Source: a virus (Duplodnaviria > Caudoviricetes). Taken from it: DNA of 34,117 nt. A program made the translations under genes and the position numbers. The stretch covers positions 1 through 34,117 of the IMG/VR virus record IMGVR_UViG_3300042366_001033; one strand, 5' to 3'. How positions within the stretch are numbered: position 1 is the first letter of the stretch; each line of letters opens with the position of its first letter. The notes under the pieces are model-generated. The model saw only the letters and a program-made list of their open reading frames with translations, had not been told where the DNA came from and did no database searches. This document shows, one piece after another, positions 1-10,220 of this stretch.

Positions 1-249
1 TTAAATGGCCTTTCTAAAAGTAAAGGAAACTTAGATGGTTTAATCACTGATTATTTGTATATTCAAGAATCATTAGCAAACCATATAGATTTTTTTGCTT
101 TAATAAGAAAACTAAAACCAGAATTACAAAAAAAATTACCACAAAGTAAATTTGTCGATTGGATTTTCAAAGAAAATCAAATTCAGGGTATTGACACTGT
201 AGCAATATTATTAAAAACTAAAAAACTTATTGAATATGCAAAAAATTAA
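1..249 (+). CDS. Hypothetical protein, 3' part (5' end outside window)
   Basis: Frame 1 is open from base 1 (LNGLSKSKGNLDGLITDYLY...) into the tracked 55..249 ORF; stop overlaps the start of the next gene. Confidence 0.6.
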   Translation, partial: LNGLSKSKGNLDGLITDYLYIQESLANHIDFFALIRKLKPELQKKLPQSKFVDWIFKENQIQGIDTVAILLKTKKLIEYAKN

Positions 250-910
250 AATATTTATTGGATTAGACGAACCGCATAAAATCGCATATGATGTGTGTAA
301 GTATAGTATTGAAACTAACAATAAAAAATATAAACTTGAAATACATCCTATAAATTATAATACTATAACAGAATATAATCGAAAAAAGGATAAATTTGAA
401 AGTACACAATTTTCCTTTGCTCGATTTTTTGCCCCATATCTGTGTGAGTATAAAGGAATTAGTATTTTTTGTGATGGTGATTTTTTATTTTTAAACTCTA
501 TAGATGATTTGATTGATTTATACAATCCTGAATATGCGGTTATGTGTTGTAAACATGATTATGTTCCGGTTAATCAAACTAAAATGGACAATAAACCCCA
601 ATCAATATATCCAAAGAAAAATTGGAGCAGTTTAATGGTTTTTAACAATGAACACCCAAAAATTAAAACATTAAATCCATTGACACTTAACAATCAATCT
701 GGTGGTTTTTTACATCAATTTAAATATTTGGATGACATTGAAATCGGTAGTTTACCATTGCAATGGAATTGGTTAGTGGATTATTATAAAGAACCAAAAG
801 ATGGAATTCCAAGGGCACTTCATTTTACTAATGGAGGTCCATGGTTAAATGAATATAAAGATTGTGAATATTCGAATTTATGGTTTGATTTTAAGAATAA
901 AATTTCTTAA
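236..910 (+). CDS. GT-A fold glycosyltransferase (GT8-like)
   Basis: IFIGLD N-terminus, STQFSFARF, DxD motif FCDGDF, KNWSSLM, LPLQWNWL and HFTNGGPW. ATG at 236 preferred over TTG at 230. Confidence 0.85.
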   Translation: MQKIKIFIGLDEPHKIAYDVCKYSIETNNKKYKLEIHPINYNTITEYNRKKDKFESTQFSFARFFAPYLCEYKGISIFCDGDFLFLNSIDDLIDLYNPEYAVMCCKHDYVPVNQTKMDNKPQSIYPKKNWSSLMVFNNEHPKIKTLNPLTLNNQSGGFLHQFKYLDDIEIGSLPLQWNWLVDYYKEPKDGIPRALHFTNGGPWLNEYKDCEYSNLWFDFKNKIS

Positions 911-1775
911 ATGCATTAAAACTGTTTTCACCATATACTTGTCCATGAACTTCACAATTTTGACATGGTTTCAAACCACAGCGCCCAAACTGTAGATGAT
1001 GCTTTCGTATTTTAGTTACGCTATCTCCTAGCCAAACTTGCTTTAAAGAAGATTCATTAATATTTCCGTGTTTTATGTCCTTGCTCCAGTTATGAGTACA
1101 TAGCAGCACATCGCCATTCCAATCTATAAATGCAGAATTAAATGGCATAAAACATGCTCGGTTAGGAACATTTTTATCATTTAATTTCATCATACCAACC
1201 CTATTACTGATGCCTGACATTCCATATTCCTCTTCAGGCCCATACCAAAATCTTTTTATGACATATTTTGATGAGTCTATGTTGCATTTTTCAAATAATT
1301 TTAAAAAATGTTCCTCTTGTTCTGGGCCGTCATAGAGACTCATTTTTAGCAAATCTAATCCATTTTCAAAAAGACCGCAGACAGTTTTTTCGGTCAGCAA
1401 ATCTCCATTGGTAGTTATTGTCAAATTTTTATTATGCGGTAAATATTCTTTAAATACACGTAAAATATCAAATATTTCTTTATGTAGTAGCGGTTCACTA
1501 AAACCAGCAAGTACTATTTGATTAGAATAATTGAATTCTGCTAAATCTCTTGCTAATTTAACATACGTCTCTACTGACATATTTAATTTCCTATTCGGAT
1601 ATATTGAGGAATCATGACGTGGACAAAATACACATTTGCGAGTACATAATTCGGTAATGTTAATATCAACAATCTGTAGGGCAGACATAATATCGTCATT
1701 TACTTTAAATGAAGACAATATCTTTTTTCTAAACTCTATAAAATCATTTGATGGTGTATCTTGCGCAATTGACAT
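891..1775 (-). CDS. Radical SAM / SPASM-domain protein
   Basis: CxxxCxxC (CTRKCVFC), GFSEPLLH, TTNG; C-terminal CFMPF...IDWNGDVLLC...GNI...C..PCQNC. ATG at 1775 is in frame with the GTG at 1802; exact start uncertain. Confidence 0.9.
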   Translation of the reverse strand: MSIAQDTPSNDFIEFRKKILSSFKVNDDIMSALQIVDINITELCTRKCVFCPRHDSSIYPNRKLNMSVETYVKLARDLAEFNYSNQIVLAGFSEPLLHKEIFDILRVFKEYLPHNKNLTITTNGDLLTEKTVCGLFENGLDLLKMSLYDGPEQEEHFLKLFEKCNIDSSKYVIKRFWYGPEEEYGMSGISNRVGMMKLNDKNVPNRACFMPFNSAFIDWNGDVLLCTHNWSKDIKHGNINESSLKQVWLGDSVTKIRKHHLQFGRCGLKPCQNCEVHGQVYGENSFNAFKKFYS

Positions 1776-1854
1776 ATAATATATATTATGATTTGGAAAC
1801 ACAAAATATGTTACCGTATCAATATTCTATCTATGGCGTTTTAAACTAAAACCA

Positions 1855-1868
1855 TATAAATATAAATA
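1855..1868 (+). promoter_or_regulatory. T4-type late promoter, two overlapping TATAAATA boxes
   Basis: TATAAATATAAATA: boxes at 1855-1862 and 1861-1868, 7 nt before ATG 1876. Confidence 0.85.
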
Positions 1869-1875
1869 ATACCAT

Positions 1876-4800
1876 ATGGCTACCGATACTAAAATTGTTT
1901 TAAAGCGGTCTGATGTAAGCACAGCAGTTCCAAACCTCGAATATCTCCAATTTGGCGAACTTGCATTTAACTATAGGGATGAAAAACTATATTACAGGTC
2001 ATATGATGTAAACGGTACCACTGAAATTATTAAAAATTACGACTTTCAGCGTGTAGTTCCTGTAGCAAAAGGTGGTACTGGTGCGACAACAGCTGCTGCT
2101 GCTCGTACAAACCTAGAAGCCGCGGCCATATTTTCACCAGCGTTCCTTGGTACGCCATCATTGGCTGCTGCAGCGACTCAACCGGCAATTACTATTTCAA
2201 CTAGCGATGCAGACGCGCAGCGTGCCTTAGCCACAGTAGCCTATGTGCGTGCAGAGATTGCAGATGACGCCCCTACAAAGACTGGTGGCGGAGCGTCTGG
2301 CACATCATGGGCCATTGGCATAACTGGCAATGCCGCTACAGCTTCAAAGTGGGCCGCACCTCGATCTATTACCAGTAATAATACCGCGGCAGGCAGCGAT
2401 ATAACCTTTAACGTATCACTTGATGGCAGTGGTAATGTCACGCCAACACTTGCAATAAATACAAATCGTGTCACCAATATACAGACAGCTCTATCTCTTG
2501 TCCCAGGCACAAACATTCAGGCATATGACGCTGATTTAAAAGCAATTGCTGAATTGGCTGGAACGTCTGGCTTTCTTAAGAAAACAGCTGCAGATACGTG
2601 GTCACTTGATACAACAACATACACTCCAACTTCTCGTACAGTCACAATCACTACCGGCAATGGTATTACTGGTGGTGGAATTGCCCAATCTTTAGGTGCA
2701 AATCTTTCTTGGACACTTGGACTCACAGACACTGGTGTAACTGCTGCTACATATAATGATAATGCCACAACTGTTACTCCATTTACAGTTGATATTAAAG
2801 GTCGAATTACTGGCACTGGAACTCCTGTGACAATTGCACCGGCATTCTCATCAATTACCGGCAAACCAACAGATCTTGCTGGTTATGGTATTCTTGATGC
2901 GCTTAATACGTCTGCTACTGGGCAAACAAAGGCAGGATCACTGACCGCGAGTTCATTTATAAAATCTGGTGGTACCTCTTCGCAATTCTTAAAGGCTGAT
3001 GGCAGTTCAGACGGTACATCATACACACCCACAGCGCGCACACTCACTCTCACTACCGGCAATGGAATTACTGGTGGCGCTGCAGCAACTCTAGGTGCTG
3101 ATAGAAGTTGGACGTTTGGCCTTACCGGGCAGGCATTAAGTGTTCATAACTTAGCCACTAATGGATTTTTTGTACGTGAATCGTCTACAACTGTGGCTGC
3201 CCGTAGTATCGTGGTTGGATCTGGATCTGGATTAACCATCTCTAATGCGGATGGCGTGTCTGGCAACCCAACAATATCTTTAGCCACAAGCAATCTCACA
3301 TCTCTTCGTGATAATGTTACAAATGGTTTCTTGGCTCGCACTGCATCAAATACTCTTACTTCACGAACCATTGCAGTAAGTGGAACTGGCCTCAGCATAA
3401 CCAATGCAGATGGTGTCTCTGGCAACCCAACAATAAACAGTAATGCTACAAGCACAAATACAGCAAGTACAATTGTTGCACGAGATGCAAGTAACGCTTT
3501 TGCAGCAGGTGCAATTACTGGCTCTTCGTTTATTGTAAGTGGAACCGTCAATACAACAATAACTGGAAGTGCCGCAGTCACTGCAAAGGCTCTAATATTA
3601 CCAAATAAAGATGGTACAATAGCGATAACTGATGATATACCTGATCATACAGGCGCGACAGCTACAACTATACCTGCTGCAAATGGGCGTGTTCTTTCTG
3701 CTATTACAGTAAATTCTCTTGGTCATACTACAAGTGTGACTTCTAAGGACCTTGCTGCTGCTGACATACCGAGTTTAGACGCATCAAAAATTATAACTGG
3801 TACATTTGACACAGCTCGTATAACTGATGCGACTGTTACAGGAAAGGTGTTAACTGGATTTACCGCAGCACTTCTTCCTAGCATCCCAATGCTATCGGAA
3901 ACTGATACGATATTGGGGGCGTTTCAAAAACTTGTGCCAAGTATTTCTATGAAAGCAAATACTGCAAGTCCAACATTTACTGGAAGCGTAACTCTTCCAA
4001 CTGGATCAGCGTCTACTGCTCCATTAAAATTTGTAAGTGGCACAAATTTAACAACTGTTCCAGTCGCTGGTTCGGTTGAATTTAATGGTACCAATTTATT
4101 CATTACAAATTCAGCATTAAGCAGAAAAACAATTGCATACACTGATTCAAATATAACTGGCAATGCTGCCACTGCAACTACTGCCACTAGATTAGCCACT
4201 GCACGTACAATAAGCAATCCCGCAGCTCCTAATAATAACAGTGATATTAATTTTAGTTATAGTTTTGATGGCAATGCAAATGTTGAAACCAATTTTACCA
4301 TAAACGCCGCCCGCGCAAGTAATATACGGTCTGCACTTGGATTGGCAATTGGACCAGGTGGTATTCAGGCATATGATGCTGACCTTGCTGCAATTGCGGC
4401 ACTAGCCGATGGACCGGATGCAGGCACTGATGTTGATACCGGGTTTTTAAGAAAAACTGGTGAAAATACATGGGCAATTGACCCAAATATTGCTCCAATA
4501 CCTGAAGAAGAAGTAACAACTATAACTGGTGATGTTGTTGGTTCATCTGGTATAGGAGATCGAAATATAGTTGCAATATTAGCTACAGTTCCAACTGTAA
4601 CTGCCGGAACATACAACAATAGTGCCACTGCAATCACTCCATTTACAGTTGATGCCAAAGGACGAGTCACGTCTACTGAAACTGCAGTAACAATTGCCCC
4701 AAGTTGGAGTTCAATTCCATTGAATACCCGACCAACTACATTATCTGGTTATGGTATCACTGATGCTCAGGCCCTAAACTCAAACCTAACTTCAATATCA

Positions 4801-7800
4801 ACCTTTACTGGAACGTCTTCAGGTATATTACAAAGAGGCCTCACTGGCGCTTGGACTCTTGACCCTACATCATACACACCAACTGCTCGTACTCTTACAA
4901 TTGCAGGCGCAGCAAATTCTGGACTTACTGTAACTCCAACCGCAACACAATCTTTAGCGGGGGATCGTAGTTGGACAATTTCATTGGAAGCTGGAAACCT
5001 CACTCAACTACGTGACCTCGGCACAAACACAGGAATTATTACACATAATGGCACAACTGGTGGTGGTATGGTCACTCGTAGCATTGCCTCTGGAAACGCT
5101 GCTGAAATAACAATAACAAATGGTAATGGCGTCTCTGGCAACCCAACAATATCTTTGACGACAAGTAATCTCACAAGTCTTCGTGCCCTCACTACAAATG
5201 GTTTCTTGGCTCATACTGGAATAAACACTATAACCCCGCGAAGTATTGCAATTGCATCTGGCAGTACAGGACTGAGTATCACTGATGGTAATGGCGTCCT
5301 TGGCAATCCTACATTAACACTTAGTAGTACATCGACAAATACAAATAGTTCACTTGTAGCACGAGACTCTTCTGGAAACTTTGCTGCAAATACAATTACG
5401 GCTAATACATTTAATGGCGGCGCGACACTATCAGGAACTCCTACTGCACCAACTGCAGCTGTTAGTACAAATAGCACACAAATCGCAACAACTGCATTTG
5501 TAATTGGCCAGGCCGCCGACGGGGCACCGCCAATGGACGGAATTGCCTCAGCTGGCTCTACTCCCCGCTTTGCTCGCGCTGATCACGTCCACCCTACTGA
5601 TACAACACGTGCACCATTAGCTTCGCCGACCTTTACGGGAACTGTAACTGCGCCAACAGTCTCTGCTGGAAATTATTTAGTAACGGGAAACACAACACAA
5701 ACCGCATCAGGAGTTGCAGTTCAAAGGGTTCTCAGTAAAACTATTCCTGTTGGGAATATTGCACGTCTTGCAGAATTTATTGCAGCAGAAGGCAATGTTG
5801 CAATAGAAATTCAAGTTTCTTCAAATACAAATAGCAACTCTGGAACGTCAACATACATATTTCAAGGTGGTTATTTGTCATTACAAGCGACTAATCCGGC
5901 TACAAACTCAGCTGATTTTTATAGACTCTATCCGTTTAGCGATGGTCGTGGACATGGAGAAGGACCCGATACAGGTCTGGCCACCACTCCATGGATGGTA
6001 ATGATTTATCAAGTCCAACACTCAGGCTCAACTGGTGGATATGGGGTTGCTATTGTAAACAGTTCAGCTACAGTAGCTAGATCTGTAACGGTAACAATTA
6101 CTGAACTGCGTCGCGGAATGTCATTTATTGATAGAAGTGCCGACTCGACAGTTTCATTTGGTACTTCAGCCGGAAATCTCTATAGTCATACAAATCTACT
6201 TGTCGGTAATCGTATTGGTGTTGGTAAAGTTCCAACTACTGCGCTTGACGTTAATGGTACAATTGCTGCAACAAATCTAACTCTTTCTGGAAACCTAACT
6301 GTAAACGGAACTACTACTACTCTTAATTCTAATAATTTAACAATAGATGATAAAAATATTGAATTGGGATCAGTGTCAACAATAACTGGTATATCTGGGA
6401 TAATTACTGGCGCAACTAATACTACAACTATTACTGAACTCTCTTCGACGACTGGAATGATTCCAGGACAAATATTGACTAAGACTAGTGGTACAGGAGT
6501 ATTTGGCGGAACAACTACAATTACTAGCGTTGATAGTTCATCTCAAATTACAATTACTTCTACAACTGCAAATACTGTAGGAGCAATTGTGTTTAGTGTA
6601 GGTGGTGCAACCGATACTACTGCAAGCGGCGGTGGAATCACTCTTAAAGGCACGACTGATAAAACATTTAATTGGGTGTCTTCTACTGCAGCGTGGACGT
6701 CATCTGAAGATTTAAATCTTGCGAGTGGTAAAGTATATGAAATTAACAGTACACCCGTTCTTTCATCTACTCAAGTACTCGGTAAAACAATTGAAAGTAC
6801 TAATACAGCAAATGCTATTGTCGCTCGTGACGCATCAGGAAACTTTTCAGCAAATTCGATTACTGCAAGTGCTGATTCATTTATCAATAGTATTAGAATT
6901 GGTAAAGGAGCTGGAACTGACACAAGTTTAAATACTGCTGTAGGCGTCAACGCACTCTTAAGTAATACAAGTGGTTGGAGTAATACTTCAATTGGCGCTT
7001 CAACATTGCGTAGCAATACAACTGGAAATCAGAATGTTGCGGTTGGTGGTAATGCACTATATTCGAACACGACTGGCGGCAGCAATAATGCAGTTGGTGG
7101 TAATGCACTATATTCGAACACGACTGGCGGCAGTAATAACGCGTTTGGTGGTAATGCACTATATTTTAACACGACTGGCTGGAGTAATAACGCGTTTGGT
7201 GGTAATGCATTAGTATCAAATACAACTGGCTCCAGAAATAATGCATTCGGTGTAGCTGCACTATATTCGAACACGACTGGCAATGATAATACTGCGATTG
7301 GTTGGGATGCGTTACGTTCTAATACTACTGGCAGCTACAATAATGCATTCGGTGAAAATGCACTATATTCGAACACGTCTGGCAGCTACAATAATGCATT
7401 CGGCGAATCTGCACTAGATTCGAACACGACTGGCACCTTTAATACCGCGTTTGGTTTTCGTGCGTTACGTTTGAACACGACTGGCAATGATAATACTGCA
7501 TTCGGTGTAGCTGCACTATATTCGAACACGACTGGCAATGATAATACTGCGATTGGTTGGGATGCGTTATATTCTAATACTGTTGGTTATGGCAATGTTG
7601 CATTGGGTGAAAATGCACTTCGGTCTAATACATCTGGATATTATAATATTGCAATTGGACCAGAGGCATTAAGGTCGAACACAACGTCATCTCGCAATTA
7701 TAGAAATATTGCAATAGGTGCTGATGCAATGAGATATGTCAATTCTGATTTCTCTTATCATAATATTGCAATTGGATTTAATGCAATTGGAAATGTTAAT

Positions 7801-8658
7801 GCAACATATTCGCAAGAAAATATTGCGATTGGAGTTAGTGCATTATCTGGTAATAATGTTAATGGATTAAACAGTACTCAGTGTGTTGTAATTGGTAACT
7901 ATGCATTCCAAAAAGCATGGGGTTCTGGATCTAGTGTTGTAATTGGTTATTCTGCTGGATATAATACATATGATGGACAAAGTACTGTTGCAATCGGACA
8001 TAATGCGCTCTATTCAAATACAAGTGGGGATCAAAACACTGTAATTGGTCAAGGTGCGCTCTATTCAAATACTACAGGAAACCGAAATGTTGCTATAGGT
8101 GCGGGTGCCGGTTCAGGAATAACTACTGGAGGCAATAATATTCTTATTGGTGTTGCTGCTTGTCCACTTGGAGCTTATACTGGGAGTGGTAATGTTGTAA
8201 TTGCTCCAGGAAATGCTGCTGGGTCTGCTAATGCTTATCCATCATCACCAATAGTTAATGATGAAGTTACTATTGCTAATGGCGCAGGTAGAGGTGCACG
8301 ATTCCAGGGTGCTTCTGCATCTGCTTGGTCATGGGTTTCAGATGCTAGAGATAAAAGAAATATTACAGACATTGACCTAGGTTTGGAGTTTATTAATCAA
8401 TTGCAACCTCGTAAATTTGAATGGAATCATCGAACTGGAAAAAGTGGAAATGGGGAATATGCTGTAGGATTTATTGCACAAGAACTTTTAGACGTCGTAG
8501 AAAATAACAATGCGTCTCATACTCAATTAGTGAGCACTGATAATCCTGATCAATATACTGTTGCCGAAACAAATCTTATTCCAATTCTCGTAAATGCCAT
8601 AAAAGAACTTTCTGCTGAACTAAAAAGTGTAAAAGAGGAACTTGCAAAAATTAAATAA
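1876..8658 (+). CDS. Long tail fibre with repeated shaft modules, 17-aa beta-solenoid repeats and C-terminal peptidase S74 chaperone
   Basis: N-terminal IVLKRS...GELAFNY.D.KLY; shaft motifs TVDxKGR, PTTLSGYGITDA, GVSGNPTI, ARADHVHP; NTTGxxNxAxGxxAL repeats; SDARDKRNI...LQPRKFEW...GFIAQE...LIPILVNAIKEL plus terminal coiled coil. Confidence 0.92.
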   Translation: MATDTKIVLKRSDVSTAVPNLEYLQFGELAFNYRDEKLYYRSYDVNGTTEIIKNYDFQRVVPVAKGGTGATTAAAARTNLEAAAIFSPAFLGTPSLAAAATQPAITISTSDADAQRALATVAYVRAEIADDAPTKTGGGASGTSWAIGITGNAATASKWAAPRSITSNNTAAGSDITFNVSLDGSGNVTPTLAINTNRVTNIQTALSLVPGTNIQAYDADLKAIAELAGTSGFLKKTAADTWSLDTTTYTPTSRTVTITTGNGITGGGIAQSLGANLSWTLGLTDTGVTAATYNDNATTVTPFTVDIKGRITGTGTPVTIAPAFSSITGKPTDLAGYGILDALNTSATGQTKAGSLTASSFIKSGGTSSQFLKADGSSDGTSYTPTARTLTLTTGNGITGGAAATLGADRSWTFGLTGQALSVHNLATNGFFVRESSTTVAARSIVVGSGSGLTISNADGVSGNPTISLATSNLTSLRDNVTNGFLARTASNTLTSRTIAVSGTGLSITNADGVSGNPTINSNATSTNTASTIVARDASNAFAAGAITGSSFIVSGTVNTTITGSAAVTAKALILPNKDGTIAITDDIPDHTGATATTIPAANGRVLSAITVNSLGHTTSVTSKDLAAADIPSLDASKIITGTFDTARITDATVTGKVLTGFTAALLPSIPMLSETDTILGAFQKLVPSISMKANTASPTFTGSVTLPTGSASTAPLKFVSGTNLTTVPVAGSVEFNGTNLFITNSALSRKTIAYTDSNITGNAATATTATRLATARTISNPAAPNNNSDINFSYSFDGNANVETNFTINAARASNIRSALGLAIGPGGIQAYDADLAAIAALADGPDAGTDVDTGFLRKTGENTWAIDPNIAPIPEEEVTTITGDVVGSSGIGDRNIVAILATVPTVTAGTYNNSATAITPFTVDAKGRVTSTETAVTIAPSWSSIPLNTRPTTLSGYGITDAQALNSNLTSISTFTGTSSGILQRGLTGAWTLDPTSYTPTARTLTIAGAANSGLTVTPTATQSLAGDRSWTISLEAGNLTQLRDLGTNTGIITHNGTTGGGMVTRSIASGNAAEITITNGNGVSGNPTISLTTSNLTSLRALTTNGFLAHTGINTITPRSIAIASGSTGLSITDGNGVLGNPTLTLSSTSTNTNSSLVARDSSGNFAANTITANTFNGGATLSGTPTAPTAAVSTNSTQIATTAFVIGQAADGAPPMDGIASAGSTPRFARADHVHPTDTTRAPLASPTFTGTVTAPTVSAGNYLVTGNTTQTASGVAVQRVLSKTIPVGNIARLAEFIAAEGNVAIEIQVSSNTNSNSGTSTYIFQGGYLSLQATNPATNSADFYRLYPFSDGRGHGEGPDTGLATTPWMVMIYQVQHSGSTGGYGVAIVNSSATVARSVTVTITELRRGMSFIDRSADSTVSFGTSAGNLYSHTNLLVGNRIGVGKVPTTALDVNGTIAATNLTLSGNLTVNGTTTTLNSNNLTIDDKNIELGSVSTITGISGIITGATNTTTITELSSTTGMIPGQILTKTSGTGVFGGTTTITSVDSSSQITITSTTANTVGAIVFSVGGATDTTASGGGITLKGTTDKTFNWVSSTAAWTSSEDLNLASGKVYEINSTPVLSSTQVLGKTIESTNTANAIVARDASGNFSANSITASADSFINSIRIGKGAGTDTSLNTAVGVNALLSNTSGWSNTSIGASTLRSNTTGNQNVAVGGNALYSNTTGGSNNAVGGNALYSNTTGGSNNAFGGNALYFNTTGWSNNAFGGNALVSNTTGSRNNAFGVAALYSNTTGNDNTAIGWDALRSNTTGSYNNAFGENALYSNTSGSYNNAFGESALDSNTTGTFNTAFGFRALRLNTTGNDNTAFGVAALYSNTTGNDNTAIGWDALYSNTVGYGNVALGENALRSNTSGYYNIAIGPEALRSNTTSSRNYRNIAIGADAMRYVNSDFSYHNIAIGFNAIGNVNATYSQENIAIGVSALSGNNVNGLNSTQCVVIGNYAFQKAWGSGSSVVIGYSAGYNTYDGQSTVAIGHNALYSNTSGDQNTVIGQGALYSNTTGNRNVAIGAGAGSGITTGGNNILIGVAACPLGAYTGSGNVVIAPGNAAGSANAYPSSPIVNDEVTIANGAGRGARFQGASASAWSWVSDARDKRNITDIDLGLEFINQLQPRKFEWNHRTGKSGNGEYAVGFIAQELLDVVENNNASHTQLVSTDNPDQYTVAETNLIPILVNAIKELSAELKSVKEELAKIK
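6931..8150 (+). repeat. 51-nt / 17-aa tandem coding repeat (about 14 regular and 9 degenerate units)
   Basis: Unit e.g. YSNTTGNDNTAIGWDAL; recurring GCACTATATTCGAACACGACTGGC; a 73-nt stretch at 7242-7314 recurs exactly at 7497-7569 (5 units later). Confidence 0.95.
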
Positions 8659-8670
8659 TAAATATAGAAT

Positions 8671-8901
8671 ATGACAACAGCCAATCCAAATCAACCAACA
8701 CCAGAACAATTAGAACAACATTTTTCTGCAATGCAAGACAGCGTAGATCTAATCACTAGTCTGCAATTAAAAGAGTCTTTGTCTGAAGAAGAACAAGACA
8801 GGTTAAATCGCAATAAAGAGCATCTGTCTATTATGCTAGATAAAGACTTTATTAAGTCAGACTCCAGAAATAAAAAAGTTTTTATTGATGCCGCTAAATA
8901 A
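8671..8901 (+). CDS. Small helical hypothetical protein, possibly fibre-associated
   Basis: 76-aa ORF tightly packed after the fibre; AATAAATA 6 nt before ATG. Confidence 0.75.
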   Translation: MTTANPNQPTPEQLEQHFSAMQDSVDLITSLQLKESLSEEEQDRLNRNKEHLSIMLDKDFIKSDSRNKKVFIDAAK

Positions 8902-8905
8902 AACG

Positions 8906-9370
8906 ATGGCAACTATAGTCAATAAACAACCTATACAATCATCAAAATTTGATAAATTTTGGTTGACTAGCCTTAACTTACTTTTTCCTTCAGAGACGTC
9001 TCCAGGACTGCTCATTGCGAAACTTCACCCGTATGATGGAAAACATGTGCTTACTTCTCAGCCAAAACATATTACAATAAGTGATTTTTCAAAAGAGTCA
9101 ACTGATGCTGCCTTATATGACGTCGTTGAATTGGTAGAAAATGAGGCAGAGCGGCTGTATGGTTTTCAAGAATCACCTCTGCATTCGTTTAAGGTGCTAT
9201 CAAATGACCCTAAAAGGGCAACTGTTGCTTTTTTTAACTATGTTGGAGGACCAAATAAACATATTGAAGACTGCTTTGCATATGCAGCGTCTGATCAACA
9301 ATTTGGGCAAAATATAAACACTCTACTTTCGCTGTTAGCGCAACTAGCAAAATTACCTGTTATAAATTAA
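8906..9370 (+). CDS. Hypothetical protein
   Basis: ORF filling the gap between neighbours; ATG at 8906 (MATIVNKQ) avoids overlap and has TAAATA 5 nt upstream. Confidence 0.75.
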   Translation: MATIVNKQPIQSSKFDKFWLTSLNLLFPSETSPGLLIAKLHPYDGKHVLTSQPKHITISDFSKESTDAALYDVVELVENEAERLYGFQESPLHSFKVLSNDPKRATVAFFNYVGGPNKHIEDCFAYAASDQQFGQNINTLLSLLAQLAKLPVIN

Positions 9371-9373
9371 ATT

Positions 9374-10210
9374 ATGAAGTTTATTAATGATATTGACCTG
9401 TCTGTAGTACATGATGTAAGAGCAAAGGAAGTTCAAGAAACGAGTGATATTCTTGAGCTCTCTATGGCAGTTCTCTTAAAAAAATTATATGATCTTATTG
9501 ACGCATACAACCCAAGTGGTGTACAAATACCAAGCAAGTGGTGGGAGACTGGTGCTAATGATGAACATACCGCAATCGCAACGGCTCGTCAAAATTTATT
9601 AAATTCGTTTGATGTAAATGTAGAAAAAGCATTTGATGATTACCATACCTATCAAGGAGTTTTAGCTGCAATCAACCCCAATGCTGCAACAGGCGGTTTG
9701 GAATTTCCTGGAAGATTTAAGTTTACCCCATTTCAATCTACAACTGCTGCGACACAGGCTGAAGCTCGTACCAACTCTAACTATCATAGAATTATAAATG
9801 GGCCTCACACCATAACAGAAGATTCTGGATTATTTAGTGTGACTACTACATATACAATATATGAGACTTATATAAGAAACGAAGACCCCAATATTAAAAA
9901 TTTATATTATTACAGATGGAAAAAAGTTGTGTCTGATGCAAATAATATTTCTTCTGTAAACGGCAGCGCATTTTCTAGAACTGGAAACTTGGTTACAGTA
10001 AATCTAACAAACCATGGACTGTCTAATGGTACGCTCTTATCAATTGCAGGAACAATTCAAAGTGCGTTTAAAGGAACATACGCGGTATCAGTAATAAATA
10101 CAAATACCTTTACCTATACCACATCCACATCAGGCAACATTACAGGAACTGGCGACGCAATTCTGTCATACGACGGCATATCATACGTGGATTATAGCTA
10201 TACAGCATAA
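9374..10210 (+). CDS. Putative virion protein with C-terminal HGLxxG beta module
   Basis: C-terminal SRTGNLVTVNLTNHGLSNGTLLSIAGT...GTYAVSVINTNTFTY, a motif common in phage structural proteins. Confidence 0.7.
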   Translation: MKFINDIDLSVVHDVRAKEVQETSDILELSMAVLLKKLYDLIDAYNPSGVQIPSKWWETGANDEHTAIATARQNLLNSFDVNVEKAFDDYHTYQGVLAAINPNAATGGLEFPGRFKFTPFQSTTAATQAEARTNSNYHRIINGPHTITEDSGLFSVTTTYTIYETYIRNEDPNIKNLYYYRWKKVVSDANNISSVNGSAFSRTGNLVTVNLTNHGLSNGTLLSIAGTIQSAFKGTYAVSVINTNTFTYTTSTSGNITGTGDAILSYDGISYVDYSYTA

Positions 10211-10220
10211 AATAAATTTC

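Noticed and set aside
1776-1856. AT palindrome (1776-1789) and imperfect hairpin (1832-1856) as terminator or operator
   Set aside because: Low-complexity AT sequence, weak stem, no U-tract; lies between divergent genes.
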